Positions 17,791-27,934 of a stretch of 64,000 nucleotides of DNA are shown piece after piece. This DNA comes from a virus: IMG/VR virus record IMGVR_UViG_3300042887_005324, positions 1 to 64,000 of that record; one strand, given 5' to 3'. Below the pieces are notes generated by a model. It was not told where the DNA came from. It saw only the letters and a list, made by a program, of their open reading frames with translations, and ran no database searches. Both the position numbers and the translations under genes were made by a program. Position 1 is the stretch's first letter, and the number at the start of each line of letters is the position of its first letter.

Positions 17791-19187
17791 CAGTCTGGAC
17801 AATCTAATCGACATTCTCCATCACAAGTTGTACAATCGTTTTTGCCTCTTCCTCCGCACTCATCACATTTTTCTTCATTGCCTTCATCATTTTTGATTTT
17901 TCCCGTGCCATCACATTCGTCACACTCAAAATCTCCCAATCCATCACAATTCCAACACTCAACTCTTCCATCGCCTCCACATTGATCACACGCTGATTCG
18001 TATTCTTCATATCTACCGTCTGTGTCATTCAATGTGTAACAAAAACTACTGTCTGGTTGATCAACTGAAAGTCTACCAGTCTCAGGTTCATAATATTTAA
18101 GAGTATCTAAATAAGGAAAATATTCCTCACCTGCTTTTAAATGAACGACAAGATCTTGATATATTATCAATTCTCCCTTTGGATCAATGGTTTCAGAAGA
18201 TGCGAGATAATTGTTATTTGGTTTAGTGTGCCAACCCATTTTCTTGGCATATTCTCTAAACAGGTGAACATCAGAATCATTGTGAGTGTATATCCTATCC
18301 ATGAAAGTTATTTCAGGTTTATCTAACTTCCATAAAATAGCTCTACCTTTTATCTTATCACCACTATCACTTTTAAGAATGACCATTGATACTTTATCCG
18401 GATTTTTTGAGTAAATATTAAACCAAAAAACAGGTGCAGAGCACATACAAGAATTGCTTAAAGTTCCTTTTGATCTTTCAAGCTCATAGGTTCTCCAACT
18501 ATACCATTCTGGTATTTGATTGCCTTTAACTACTTCAAAAGATTTGAAAATATCATTCATTTTGTCCCACTCAGATTTGTATAAATTTACAAATTTTTCT
18601 ATTTCAGTATCGGTAAAATTAAGTTTAGCAGAATTTAAGATACCTCTTATTCCTCTTCCGACTCTTATTTGTTGTCTGTTGAGTTTAAATGGTAGTTCAG
18701 AAACATCTTCGATGTTAACATTTCTTTGATTGATAACAGAAATACCACCTGGAAATTGAATTTTCAGATAAGTTGTGCCGGATACCGGTGATACAACAGA
18801 CTTTAAAACCTCTCCTTTTTCTGAATTGTTCGGTGTGTATGCTCTTTGTCCTATTGGTTCATATTCTAGAAGAGCAAAAATATCTTTATTTGAATCTGTG
18901 TGTCTTAGAATTCCACCACCACTTCCAGAGTAGTAAACAGTCTGATTTTTTTCTGTATTTAATAATTCTTGAGCTTTTCTATCTGTAATAAAACTAATTT
19001 GTTCTTTATCATCAGATATATCAATATAATTATTTGTAATACTAAGATCTTTATTTTCTAATTCACCTAATGCTTTTGCCACAGGTGATTCAATTTTACT
19101 TATTAAGTCTTTGAATTTTTTCGAAAAAATCAAATTTGATTCAAGTATAAGTGACTCAAATAAAAAATCTTTGTAACTTGTAATCAT
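17787..19187 (-). CDS. SCM-motif family protein (paralogue A) with a capsid-targeting-like leader and C-terminal DnaJ-type zinc finger
   Basis: MITSYKDFLFES; GTLSNSCM, GRAILW, FMDRIY, FPYLDT; repeated CxxCxGxG. Confidence 0.7.
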   Translation of the reverse strand: MITSYKDFLFESLILESNLIFSKKFKDLISKIESPVAKALGELENKDLSITNNYIDISDDKEQISFITDRKAQELLNTEKNQTVYYSGSGGGILRHTDSNKDIFALLEYEPIGQRAYTPNNSEKGEVLKSVVSPVSGTTYLKIQFPGGISVINQRNVNIEDVSELPFKLNRQQIRVGRGIRGILNSAKLNFTDTEIEKFVNLYKSEWDKMNDIFKSFEVVKGNQIPEWYSWRTYELERSKGTLSNSCMCSAPVFWFNIYSKNPDKVSMVILKSDSGDKIKGRAILWKLDKPEITFMDRIYTHNDSDVHLFREYAKKMGWHTKPNNNYLASSETIDPKGELIIYQDLVVHLKAGEEYFPYLDTLKYYEPETGRLSVDQPDSSFCYTLNDTDGRYEEYESACDQCGGDGRVECWNCDGLGDFECDECDGTGKIKNDEGNEEKCDECGGRGKNDCTTCDGECRLDCPDC

Positions 19188-20137
19188 TATTCAGATATTG
19201 TTTTAAGAAATTCATAGACTTGTTGAACATCTTCTTTAGCTGCTGCAATATGATCTTCAGCCCAGTCATGTCCATTTTCTAACAATTCATCTATAAGTTC
19301 ATGGTCCATTTCTAATATAGAATGTGTCATTATTGAGATAGCTTCTAAATTAGCAAAAAACATATAATTCTCACCTCCACCATGTTCAACACCACTCACA
19401 GAGATATGTTCGTTAAGTCCTTTATTTGAAAGAAAGTTGTTTACTTGACTAACTAACTCTTTAGCTACAGATATGTGATCTTCTGCCCAATTATGACCAT
19501 CATTTAGATGACTATTCACTTCATTTTCGTTCATAGTTCTCATGTCTTCAACTTGTCTGTGTATAGTTTCAAGGTTTCCAAAGAACATGTAAGATTTAAG
19601 TTGACCTTTGTATTCAAATTCAACTTTATCATCTGAACAACCACAATCTGATACACCACAACATTCAGAATCTTTTACATTCTCTATTTCTTCTTCTTCA
19701 ACTTCACGATTAGAATCTAAAGTTCTATTGAACTTAGGAATTGACATATCGTCTATAAATGAAGTAGAAAATGCTTCAAATGATTTAAGAATCTTTGATT
19801 CAACTACTTCTGTATTGTTTTTGAAAAAATGATTAGGATTAACTTCATCATTTGAAAACTTATACTTGTGTTCTGGTTTCTTTTCAGTTTCTTTTTCAAT
19901 AGACTTTATTTGATCATCAACTTGATCCTGAGATAGATCATCCATTTTATTTGTAGTCAAATTATACTTCATTTTAGTAATGTTAGGCAAGTTATGAACT
20001 TGGTCTTCATTATCAGAAAATGATCTTTTGACCTTTTCTAACTCTTCTTTTTCAGATCTTACATTATTACTAAAATCCTTAAAATGTTGAATTCTAGTAT
20101 TTGCAGTTTGATAGTTTTGTGTATTGTCTTTTCTCAT
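19187..20137 (-). CDS. Hypothetical acidic protein with a duplicated YMFF.NLE...GH.WAEDHI..AKE module
   Basis: Internal tandem repeat of about 55 aa; TTAATATATA upstream (20163-20172). Confidence 0.7.
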   Translation of the reverse strand: MRKDNTQNYQTANTRIQHFKDFSNNVRSEKEELEKVKRSFSDNEDQVHNLPNITKMKYNLTTNKMDDLSQDQVDDQIKSIEKETEKKPEHKYKFSNDEVNPNHFFKNNTEVVESKILKSFEAFSTSFIDDMSIPKFNRTLDSNREVEEEEIENVKDSECCGVSDCGCSDDKVEFEYKGQLKSYMFFGNLETIHRQVEDMRTMNENEVNSHLNDGHNWAEDHISVAKELVSQVNNFLSNKGLNEHISVSGVEHGGGENYMFFANLEAISIMTHSILEMDHELIDELLENGHDWAEDHIAAAKEDVQQVYEFLKTISE

Positions 20138-20176
20138 AATTATAGAGTTTTTTATTATTCTTTATATATTAATATC

Positions 20177-20869
20177 TTACTTTAATTTTTCGTCCAGAAT
20201 TTTAGCAATGTTGCTACCAATAATAAAGTGAATATTATTAAGTGTGTCATTCTCAACAGTTGTATATTCATCTAAAAATCTAAATTGAAATTTATAAGTA
20301 TCAAAATCCTCGTCTTTAGTTCTTTCTTTTTTAGAGATTGATAAGTAAATCATGTAATTATTGTTGATATTGATATCAAAATCAAATGTGGTTTTATCAC
20401 AAGGTTGAGTTTTGAACTTTGGATCATAAATTACATCGAAAATCGAATACTCTGTAATTTTAGCTCTTTTCATATAATAATTCAAGAACATAGCTGGTGC
20501 TTCAATAAAATCTGAGAGAATTTTAATATCCTCACCAAAATCATTTGATTCAATTATATCTTCTATTTTCTTTTTCAAATCGATTACATTTTTGAATTCT
20601 TCTTTATGATAAACACAGTTGATATCATAAAGGTAAATAAATGAATTATCAGTTATGAATTTTTTATCTAAGTCAGTCTTAAAAATGAATTTTGTGTGGA
20701 TAATAACAGTATCTTCTACTGAGAGATTGTGTACGGAAATAACTAATTTGTAAAAATCTTCTTTCTCTGAGAGTTCATAGATAGTCTCAACAGAGTTAAC
20801 TCTACCTTGTTCTTCTTCAAAGATATCTTTGAATGTTTGTTCTATTTCTGCAATTCTGATACTAGACAT
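20177..20869 (-). CDS. Hypothetical protein
   Basis: 230 aa ORF in a minus-strand run. Confidence 0.7.
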   Translation of the reverse strand: MSSIRIAEIEQTFKDIFEEEQGRVNSVETIYELSEKEDFYKLVISVHNLSVEDTVIIHTKFIFKTDLDKKFITDNSFIYLYDINCVYHKEEFKNVIDLKKKIEDIIESNDFGEDIKILSDFIEAPAMFLNYYMKRAKITEYSIFDVIYDPKFKTQPCDKTTFDFDININNNYMIYLSISKKERTKDEDFDTYKFQFRFLDEYTTVENDTLNNIHFIIGSNIAKILDEKLK

Positions 20870-20871
20870 AA

Positions 20872-21636
20872 TTATTTAAATTGTTTATCATAAGATTTTT
20901 TTCGAACATCCATAATTCTTTCAATATATCCATTTCTTCTTAATAGTTTGAAAACTAAATTTTCGGTAGCATATTCACCTTCTTCTTCTAATCCTCTTTG
21001 TCTACCTTCTTTGATTTTTTTCCAAACTTTTTTGATTTTACTAATCAACTTATCATAACTTACTCCTTCATGAAATTGATCTTCAATTTCATTTACTTGT
21101 AACATAATATTTTCAGCTTTTTTTCTAATCAAGTCTTCATCTGGTACAAAATCTTCTCTAACGGGTTTTTTTATCCACTCATCTTTCATTAATGAGAAAA
21201 CACCACCCATTCGACCAGCTTTAATACTTGACATCAAGTCTTTTTCGTCTTGAATAGCAACCTCAACATCGTATCCAAGTAGTTGAATATCGTGTTCATT
21301 GTTCCAAAGTTTCTTAGCGTAGTCTACAAGTTTTTCTACTAATTCGTAGTTCTCATCGATATCTGAGAAATTAATAATGATATGTAGATCAAAGTCTGAA
21401 TACTTTTCTGACCAATTGTAATTACAAAGAGACCCACATAAAACAATATCGACAACTTCATTACCCAATTCTAATTTTTCATAAAAATCTTTACCAATTT
21501 GTATTAAATTCTCACGAATTTCTTGATCTAAATTAAAGTTTGTCCAAATTTTAGAATTCAAATCATCTTTCAATCTAAAAGAAGAAATAGGTTCAAATTG
21601 AGCTTGTACTAAATATTCGTTGAATTTTATAAGCAT
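20872..21636 (-). CDS. DNA polymerase beta-family nucleotidyltransferase
   Basis: LCGS.....W...SDFDLHII (GS...DxD) plus a third acidic residue in YDVEV. Confidence 0.8.
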   Translation of the reverse strand: MLIKFNEYLVQAQFEPISSFRLKDDLNSKIWTNFNLDQEIRENLIQIGKDFYEKLELGNEVVDIVLCGSLCNYNWSEKYSDFDLHIIINFSDIDENYELVEKLVDYAKKLWNNEHDIQLLGYDVEVAIQDEKDLMSSIKAGRMGGVFSLMKDEWIKKPVREDFVPDEDLIRKKAENIMLQVNEIEDQFHEGVSYDKLISKIKKVWKKIKEGRQRGLEEEGEYATENLVFKLLRRNGYIERIMDVRKKSYDKQFK

Positions 21637-21654
21637 AGTAATTCAGTATTATGA

Positions 21655-21674
21655 TTTTAATATATATATTAAAA
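21655..21674. promoter_or_regulatory. Palindromic bidirectional TTAATATATA promoter
   Basis: TTTTAATATATATATTAAAA is a perfect palindrome between divergent genes. Confidence 0.65.
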
Positions 21675-21689
21675 TAAAAACTACTTAAA

Positions 21690-22952
21690 GTGATTAAGTC
21701 ATACTATGATTTCTTATTAGAGTCAATTTTATTCGTATCAGATGAACTAGAAGATATACTATTAAGTCTTGATGATAAAGTTGCAAATGAGTTTGTTGGT
21801 TTAATAAATCAAGATATTGAAACTCAATATAATGGATTAAACTTGACCAAGTCAAATGATAAGGTTTCTTTTTTAACAGACAGACAATTTCAGAATAAAA
21901 TTAAAAAAGGTAGTGGAGTTTTAGACCTAATCAAAATTGATACAAATCAAACATCAGTTGGTAGAATTGTTAGACAGATATTAAAAGATAATAAAAAAGA
22001 ATTTAGTGATTCTGACATAGAAAAATTTGTAGATAAATTTAAGGCTGCTTGGACAACAAGAAAGCTCAAGCAAGAGGAAAAGTCACCACTTAGATTAGTA
22101 AGTGGAGAAGAAATTAAATTCTGGTATTCTAGAACAAATTATTGTGAAGAAACATCAAAAGGCAAAGGAACTCTTGGTAAATCTTGTATGAGATATAGTG
22201 AGTGTCAAGATTACTTTAGTATTTATATTCAAAATTCAGAAGTTTGTAAAATGTTGATACTGACAGAAACAACCAATTCTGAGGAGTTTCTACGAGCAAG
22301 AGCTTTAGTTTGGACAACTGATAAGGGGATTTATTTAGATAGAATCTATTACACTGACTCATCAGAAATAGAGATTCTAAAAAATTACGCTAAAGAAAAT
22401 CTAAACTGTCAAATTTTTCATGATTCAAATGTATCAGTACCGAGAATTCAAGTCAATTTAACTAGTCCTACTGATATGTATCAGAGTTATCCATACATGG
22501 ATACACTTTGTTATTACTACACTATAAAAAAGACCTTATTCAATTATGAGGTAGAAGTTGATAGTCCAGAAGATTTACTCTATATTCAAGATACAGAGGG
22601 TGGTTACGAAAGACAGGACACATTATACTCTGAATATTTGGATGAACCGTTACCAAGAAACTCTGCTATTTGGTCAGATTATCATCAATCATATTTACCA
22701 GATCATAGAGTGAGATGGAGTGAAGAGTTTTCTTCTGAGATATTTGATGATGAAAGTGTTTATTCTGATACACTTGGTGATTGGTTACCAAGAGAAGAAA
22801 GTTCTCTTGTAGTCATAGATAAAGATGGAGAAACGGACTGGTTTCCTGATAATTCTGAAGATTTTAAATATGATAAGATAACAAATAAGTATTATTTGAA
22901 AACTTTGATGATTCAAGATGAAAACGGAGATTGGTCTCTAAAAGAAGAATAA
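21690..22952 (+). CDS. SCM-motif family protein (paralogue B) with a capsid-targeting-like leader
   Basis: MIKSYYDFLLES; GTLGKSCMRY, ARALVW, YLDRIY, YPYMDT; C-terminal (Y/W)S(E/D) repeats. Confidence 0.7.
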   Translation: MIKSYYDFLLESILFVSDELEDILLSLDDKVANEFVGLINQDIETQYNGLNLTKSNDKVSFLTDRQFQNKIKKGSGVLDLIKIDTNQTSVGRIVRQILKDNKKEFSDSDIEKFVDKFKAAWTTRKLKQEEKSPLRLVSGEEIKFWYSRTNYCEETSKGKGTLGKSCMRYSECQDYFSIYIQNSEVCKMLILTETTNSEEFLRARALVWTTDKGIYLDRIYYTDSSEIEILKNYAKENLNCQIFHDSNVSVPRIQVNLTSPTDMYQSYPYMDTLCYYYTIKKTLFNYEVEVDSPEDLLYIQDTEGGYERQDTLYSEYLDEPLPRNSAIWSDYHQSYLPDHRVRWSEEFSSEIFDDESVYSDTLGDWLPREESSLVVIDKDGETDWFPDNSEDFKYDKITNKYYLKTLMIQDENGDWSLKEE

Positions 22953-23008
22953 TTTTAATCAAACAAATCAGTATAATAGATATATAATTCTAAAATTTAA
23001 TAAATTTT

Positions 23009-23539
23009 ATGAATACACCAAATCCATTTTCTGATAATTTTTTTGCAGATAGAAAAGAGTTAGTTAAACAGTCGTATAAAGAAAACATTGTTGAACAAAT
23101 TAAATCTATCGATTTAGAGAAAGTTGACTACTCTAATGTTGACTTTAAGCCAAGAAATCAAATCGTTGAAAAACAAAAAATCTATTTTTGGATTCGTATA
23201 TACTTACACGAAGAAATACAAATTCAACCAAACACTGATGTTACTATAAAATATCTTGTTTCAGGTGAATCCCTCACCACTAAGTTTATTTGTTATGCAA
23301 AACAAGGTGTTCAGAAAAACATGGATGAGAATGTAATTAATTATAATCCAGAAGAGGATAAAAGAATTTTATGTCTAATGGTCGACTCTGAAAGAGTTGA
23401 CAGCAATTCCAATGATATTCCTTTTATCAGAACTTTATTTAGAGTTAGTCGATGGTACTCACCTCAAATTTTGAAACTATCTGAATTAGAGATATCTTTT
23501 GATAACAATCCAATAGATTACTACGATATTGATTTTTAA
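23009..23539 (+). CDS. Hypothetical protein
   Basis: 176 aa ORF with an A-rich start context. Confidence 0.65.
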   Translation: MNTPNPFSDNFFADRKELVKQSYKENIVEQIKSIDLEKVDYSNVDFKPRNQIVEKQKIYFWIRIYLHEEIQIQPNTDVTIKYLVSGESLTTKFICYAKQGVQKNMDENVINYNPEEDKRILCLMVDSERVDSNSNDIPFIRTLFRVSRWYSPQILKLSELEISFDNNPIDYYDIDF

Positions 23540-23549
23540 TTAATTTAAT

Positions 23550-23918
23550 ATGATGAAAATATTTTTAATAGACATAGATGGAACTTGTTGTGAGGATATA
23601 ATGAACGAAGATTCTCACTTATACCCAACAGCAAAGGTGATCGAAGGTTCACTTGAGCAGATTAACAAATGGTATGATGAAGGTAATCATATTACTTTTT
23701 TTACCGCTCGTGAAGAAAAGGATAGAGAAGTCACAATAAAATGGCTGGATGATAACAAATTTAAGTATCACGGATTGGTCATGAATAAACCAAGATGTTT
23801 AAATCCTGAAGATGAGTATGTTTGGGTTGACAATAGAAAAGTCAGAGGTATCACATATAACTCAGTTTGGGGTGACCTCAAAGAAGTAAATAAAAAGATT
23901 CTAACTTTTGGCGACTAA
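23550..23918 (+). CDS. Capless HAD-superfamily phosphatase
   Basis: IDIDGT (motif I), FFTAR (II), KP (III), WVDN (IV). Confidence 0.85.
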   Translation: MMKIFLIDIDGTCCEDIMNEDSHLYPTAKVIEGSLEQINKWYDEGNHITFFTAREEKDREVTIKWLDDNKFKYHGLVMNKPRCLNPEDEYVWVDNRKVRGITYNSVWGDLKEVNKKILTFGD

Positions 23919-23963
23919 TGTAGTATAACAGATTAATATTTATAAACAAAGTAAAAATAAAAT

Positions 23964-24947
23964 ATGAAGATTTTAGCAAACGATGGGATTTCTGAAGAAG
24001 GAAAGTTGGCCTTAGAAAAAGCTGGATATACTGTAATAACTAATAAAGTTGAACAATCAGAACTAGCTAATAAAATAAATGAAGAGAACTATGAAATTGT
24101 ATTAGTTAGAAGTTCAACAACAGTTAGAAAAGAAATCATAGATCAATGTCCTAACTTGAAACTAATCGGAAGAGGTGGAGTAGGAATGGATAATATTGAT
24201 GTTGAGTATGCAAGACAAAAAGGTATAAAAGTAATTAATACTCCTGCATCATCATCACAATCAGTTGCTGAGTTGGTGATTGGTCAGATGTTTTCAATGT
24301 CTAGATTTTTAGGTCACTCTCAAAAGAATATGGAAAATGGTGACTTCAATAAGCTAAAAAAACAATATAGTTCTGGAGTTGAATTAAGAGGGAAAAAAAT
24401 TGGTATAATTGGTTTTGGTAGAATAGGACAATCTTTAGCACAATATGCAATTGGTATCGGAATGGATGTTATAGCTATTGATATCGAAGAAAGAACGGTT
24501 GAAATTCCTGTCGTGTTAAACTCAACAGTTCAAGAAATACAAAATGAATTGAAAATAAAAATTAAGACCAAGACTAACATAGACGAAGTTTTACCCTTGT
24601 GTGATTATATCTCACTTCATGTTCCAAAGCAAAGTAATCGTAACTCTGTGATAAATGAAAGAGAATTTAACTTGATGAAAGATGGAGTTAGAATTATAAA
24701 CGCCTCTCGAGGTGGTGTTATTAATGAATCTGACTTATTGAAAGCATTAGATTCTGGTAAAGTATCATTTGCAGCTTTAGATGTTTTTGAAGATGAACCA
24801 AATCCACTAAAAGAATTGTTATCACATCCAAGAATATTAGTAACACCACACATTGGTGCTTCAACATTGGAGGCTCAAGACAGGATTGGTTTGGAACTCT
24901 CTAATTTAATTATAGAGGAATTTAGTATTATAGAGAATTTACAATAA
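23964..24947 (+). CDS. serA: D-3-phosphoglycerate dehydrogenase (D-2-hydroxyacid dehydrogenase family, no ACT domain)
   Basis: MKILANDGIS, GVGMDNID, GIIGFGRIG, NASRGG, DVFEDEP, TPHIGAST.EAQ. Confidence 0.88.
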   Translation: MKILANDGISEEGKLALEKAGYTVITNKVEQSELANKINEENYEIVLVRSSTTVRKEIIDQCPNLKLIGRGGVGMDNIDVEYARQKGIKVINTPASSSQSVAELVIGQMFSMSRFLGHSQKNMENGDFNKLKKQYSSGVELRGKKIGIIGFGRIGQSLAQYAIGIGMDVIAIDIEERTVEIPVVLNSTVQEIQNELKIKIKTKTNIDEVLPLCDYISLHVPKQSNRNSVINEREFNLMKDGVRIINASRGGVINESDLLKALDSGKVSFAALDVFEDEPNPLKELLSHPRILVTPHIGASTLEAQDRIGLELSNLIIEEFSIIENLQ

Positions 24948-24969
24948 ATACTTTAATTTAAATCTGTTC

Positions 24970-24998
24970 TAACTTTTTTCTTATTAAGGATATAAATA
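24970..24998 (+). promoter_or_regulatory. Bipartite promoter TAACTT-N15-TATAAATA
   Basis: Upstream of the polymerase gene. Confidence 0.5.
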
Positions 24999-25013
24999 AA
25001 AAATCAAAAATCT

Positions 25014-26507
25014 GTGTTAGTTGACGTTCAATATTTAGGAAATAGTAAGAGATTAGTTGTTAGCTATGTCGATAAGACTGGTGATATCAAACTAAAATAC
25101 TTCGAATGGGAAAATCCAAAGAAATATGTTGTTTGTGATGATGATGATAAAGATCGTCATCCGACCTATAAATCTTGGGATAATAAAAGTGTTAAGCAAG
25201 AAGAAGTTAACACACCGGATAGATATGCAATCTACGAGTTTTTAGATGCTTTATCAGACGAGGAAAAAAATGAAATATTCGAATACAATTTACCAAAAAT
25301 ATATTTTGTAGATATTGAGACAGAAATCGTAGACGGATTTCCCGATGCTGAAACTGCTCCAACAAAAGTACTTTCCATATCAATTGTTTATGATGACAAA
25401 ATCATACTTCTTGGTTTAAGAGATATGCCAGAAGAAATGCAAGAAAGAATCAAAAACAACACAAATGAATATTTCAAAAAGTTTGGTTCTAATTATAAAT
25501 TGAAGTACATCAAATACGAAGACGAATTCGATATGATGTATGCTTTCTTTTATAAGATGATACCAAAAATGCCACTAATCACTGGATGGAACTTCATTAA
25601 CTATGACTGGGTTTACTTAGTCAACCGAGCCAGAAAATTAAAAAAGTATGTAAACGGAAAAGAATATGATATTAATCCAGCTGTTGCCTCTTTGACTAAA
25701 AGACTTAACAAAGTTTGGATGTCTAATGAAGAAATGCCAGCTCATAGAATGATTTTTGATTATATGCAGTTATATGAAATCTGTGATACTTCTATCAAAG
25801 TAAAAGAGTCTTCTTCATTAGATTTTGTGTCGAGTAAATTAGTTGGTGTTGAAAAGATTAAATATACCGGTTCTCTTCAAAGACTATATGAGGATGACTT
25901 TGAAACATTCATGTATTACAACGCAGTCGATTCTGTTCTTGTTCAAAAAATACACGAGGCTCGTAATTATATTTCTATCATATTTGCGATTTCATCATTG
26001 GCTCAAATTAAAATTGTTGATGTCATTTCACAAATGAATAATGCACTTGGTTCTTTGGCTATTACTGAAGGTGTTTTGAGAAATAGATTTCGTAATCAAG
26101 AAAATATAGTTTTATTCAGAGATAACAAAGAGTCTGGTGAGAATGTTGGAATCGCTGGTGGTTATGTTATGGATCCAAAAACCGGAATGAATCAGTGGAT
26201 CGTAACTTATGACTTCGCTTCACTTTATCCACACTGTCAGAAACAGTGGTATATAGCTCCTGAAAATTTCGTGGGTGTTCAAGATCCAAATAATAAGGAT
26301 TACTGTGATAATGGTGCAAAAATAGATTTAACAAAGCATGTTGTTTGTGTAAATGGAGTTGTTTTTCAGAAAAGAAACTCGCCAACTATTCAGATGTTGA
26401 ATGATGTATATTCTGATAGAAAAAAGAACAAAAAAATAATGATGCAGAAAAAAGATGAACTTAAAGCAGTACTTGATGAAATTAAAAAATTGGAATCAGA
26501 AATTTGA
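25014..26507 (+). CDS. Family B DNA polymerase N-terminal subunit (exonuclease, motif A and first fingers helix)
   Basis: ExoI DIET, ExoII GWN...YD, ExoIII YNAVD, GGYV, motif A DFASLYP. Ends in a coiled coil; motif B (KxxxNSxYG) and motif C (YGDTD) are absent. Confidence 0.9.
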   Translation: MLVDVQYLGNSKRLVVSYVDKTGDIKLKYFEWENPKKYVVCDDDDKDRHPTYKSWDNKSVKQEEVNTPDRYAIYEFLDALSDEEKNEIFEYNLPKIYFVDIETEIVDGFPDAETAPTKVLSISIVYDDKIILLGLRDMPEEMQERIKNNTNEYFKKFGSNYKLKYIKYEDEFDMMYAFFYKMIPKMPLITGWNFINYDWVYLVNRARKLKKYVNGKEYDINPAVASLTKRLNKVWMSNEEMPAHRMIFDYMQLYEICDTSIKVKESSSLDFVSSKLVGVEKIKYTGSLQRLYEDDFETFMYYNAVDSVLVQKIHEARNYISIIFAISSLAQIKIVDVISQMNNALGSLAITEGVLRNRFRNQENIVLFRDNKESGENVGIAGGYVMDPKTGMNQWIVTYDFASLYPHCQKQWYIAPENFVGVQDPNNKDYCDNGAKIDLTKHVVCVNGVVFQKRNSPTIQMLNDVYSDRKKNKKIMMQKKDELKAVLDEIKKLESEI

Positions 26508-26523
26508 AAACACAAAAATAGAT

Positions 26524-26682
26524 ATGAACGGATTAACTAATAGACAATTTGCACTTTTAATGGCTATCGAAGCTAGAAAGATAAAGTTTCAAGGTGGAAT
26601 TTATGACAATGCAGAGGATTTTTATAACTGGTTAGAAGAAGAAAAGAAAATCAAAAAAGAAAATCAAAATTCTAAGAATTAA
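26524..26682 (+). CDS. Small hypothetical protein (start revised to ATG 26524)
   Basis: MNGLTNRQFALLMAIEAR...AEDFYNWL; A-rich start context. Confidence 0.5.
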   Translation: MNGLTNRQFALLMAIEARKIKFQGGIYDNAEDFYNWLEEEKKIKKENQNSKN

Positions 26683-27343
26683 CTTTTATTCCTTCAAAAT
26701 CAATATCAGGGAGTTCTCTATTTACAATCTCTTTTACTTTATTCACCCATTTAGACTTGTCATCATAAAATTTAACTTTTGTGAAGTTTGTTGACTTTAT
26801 CAAATCTACAATAGTTTTTCCTTTCCATATAGCAACTCTATTACTTGAATCATTACCTAATGGGTAACAGAATAAACCAAAGTTAGGTTTTTCTAAATTA
26901 AGTTCATTTAGAGTATTAAGTATTTTGTCTTTGATTTTTACTGGTCTTCCAGTAACAATAGCTTTATTCTTGACTTCTCTATATAAGTTAGCTAAAACTA
27001 AAGTTTTCTTTGGTAGACTTATATCAGAAAAGTGAAACTCATTCGGTGTAATAAGATAAAGATGTTTATTCTTTTTTCTAACCCAATTTCCTTTTACTGG
27101 TAGAAGTTCATTAGGATCTTCGACATATAATCTACCGTTTTCAATCTTTAGATCGTCAATCGTTTTATCAACAAAGGATAATGATTTGTCTAGTAGATTT
27201 TTTAGTGTATTATCTTCTTTTATTAAATCAATAACCAAATCGATAAAACTAGGAGTGTCAACTAAGGTGTCATCAAAGTCAAAAATATAAAGAGTATCAT
27301 CTTCACTAGATTTGAACGAGTTATAATTATTTAGATATTTCAC
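26672..27343 (-). CDS. HAD-family phosphatase (RNA-repair/Pnkp 3'-phosphatase-like) with a capsid-targeting-like leader
   Basis: YIFDFDDTL, VTGR, K, FYDD; N-terminus MKYLNNYNSF. Confidence 0.75.
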   Translation of the reverse strand: MKYLNNYNSFKSSEDDTLYIFDFDDTLVDTPSFIDLVIDLIKEDNTLKNLLDKSLSFVDKTIDDLKIENGRLYVEDPNELLPVKGNWVRKKNKHLYLITPNEFHFSDISLPKKTLVLANLYREVKNKAIVTGRPVKIKDKILNTLNELNLEKPNFGLFCYPLGNDSSNRVAIWKGKTIVDLIKSTNFTKVKFYDDKSKWVNKVKEIVNRELPDIDFEGIKVNS

Positions 27344-27903
27344 GGTCTTTTAGTTCTTATTGTTGTGTTTGATGGTGTGTTACTTCTTGAAGGAGAGGTA
27401 TTAGTTGGTCTTGGTGTTGATTGCGGTCTTGAAACAGTCGTGGTTGGTTTAGAAACAATAATTTCTTTTGGTTTTCTATTGATGTGAGTTGGTGTAGATG
27501 ATGGTGTATAAGAACCTGAACTTGGTCTTGGTAGATTCGTTGTGTTGGATCCTTCTTGAGTGTTGTTTATTTGTTGATTTGAGTTATATTGATTATAGTA
27601 GTAGGGATATGTATTGTAATAGTTGTAATTATAAGGATATGTGTTGTAATAATAAGGATTTGTGTAGTAGTTATAATAAGGAATATTATAAGAATAAGGA
27701 TCGACTATTTTGTTTTCATCAAACTGGTTACCGCTATAATAATCATCCGATTTATTTACTGAGAATGATAATGGTTTACCAAAGCTTTCACCTGGTATCC
27801 AATAGGCTTCATCATATTCATATTCTGAAGACTTACACTTTTCTTCTAAATTACAAGAAGATAGCAATAAAGATGTTAGTAATATGTTGAAAAATGTTTT
27901 CAT
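27340..27903 (-). CDS. Predicted lipoprotein, Tyr/Asn-rich then Pro/Ser/Thr-rich
   Basis: Signal peptide II MKTFFNILLTSLLLSS-C; low-complexity tail. Confidence 0.7.
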   Translation of the reverse strand: MKTFFNILLTSLLLSSCNLEEKCKSSEYEYDEAYWIPGESFGKPLSFSVNKSDDYYSGNQFDENKIVDPYSYNIPYYNYYTNPYYYNTYPYNYNYYNTYPYYYNQYNSNQQINNTQEGSNTTNLPRPSSGSYTPSSTPTHINRKPKEIIVSKPTTTVSRPQSTPRPTNTSPSRSNTPSNTTIRTKRP

Positions 27904-27934
27904 AACTTTTTATACAATTGTATATATAAATTTC

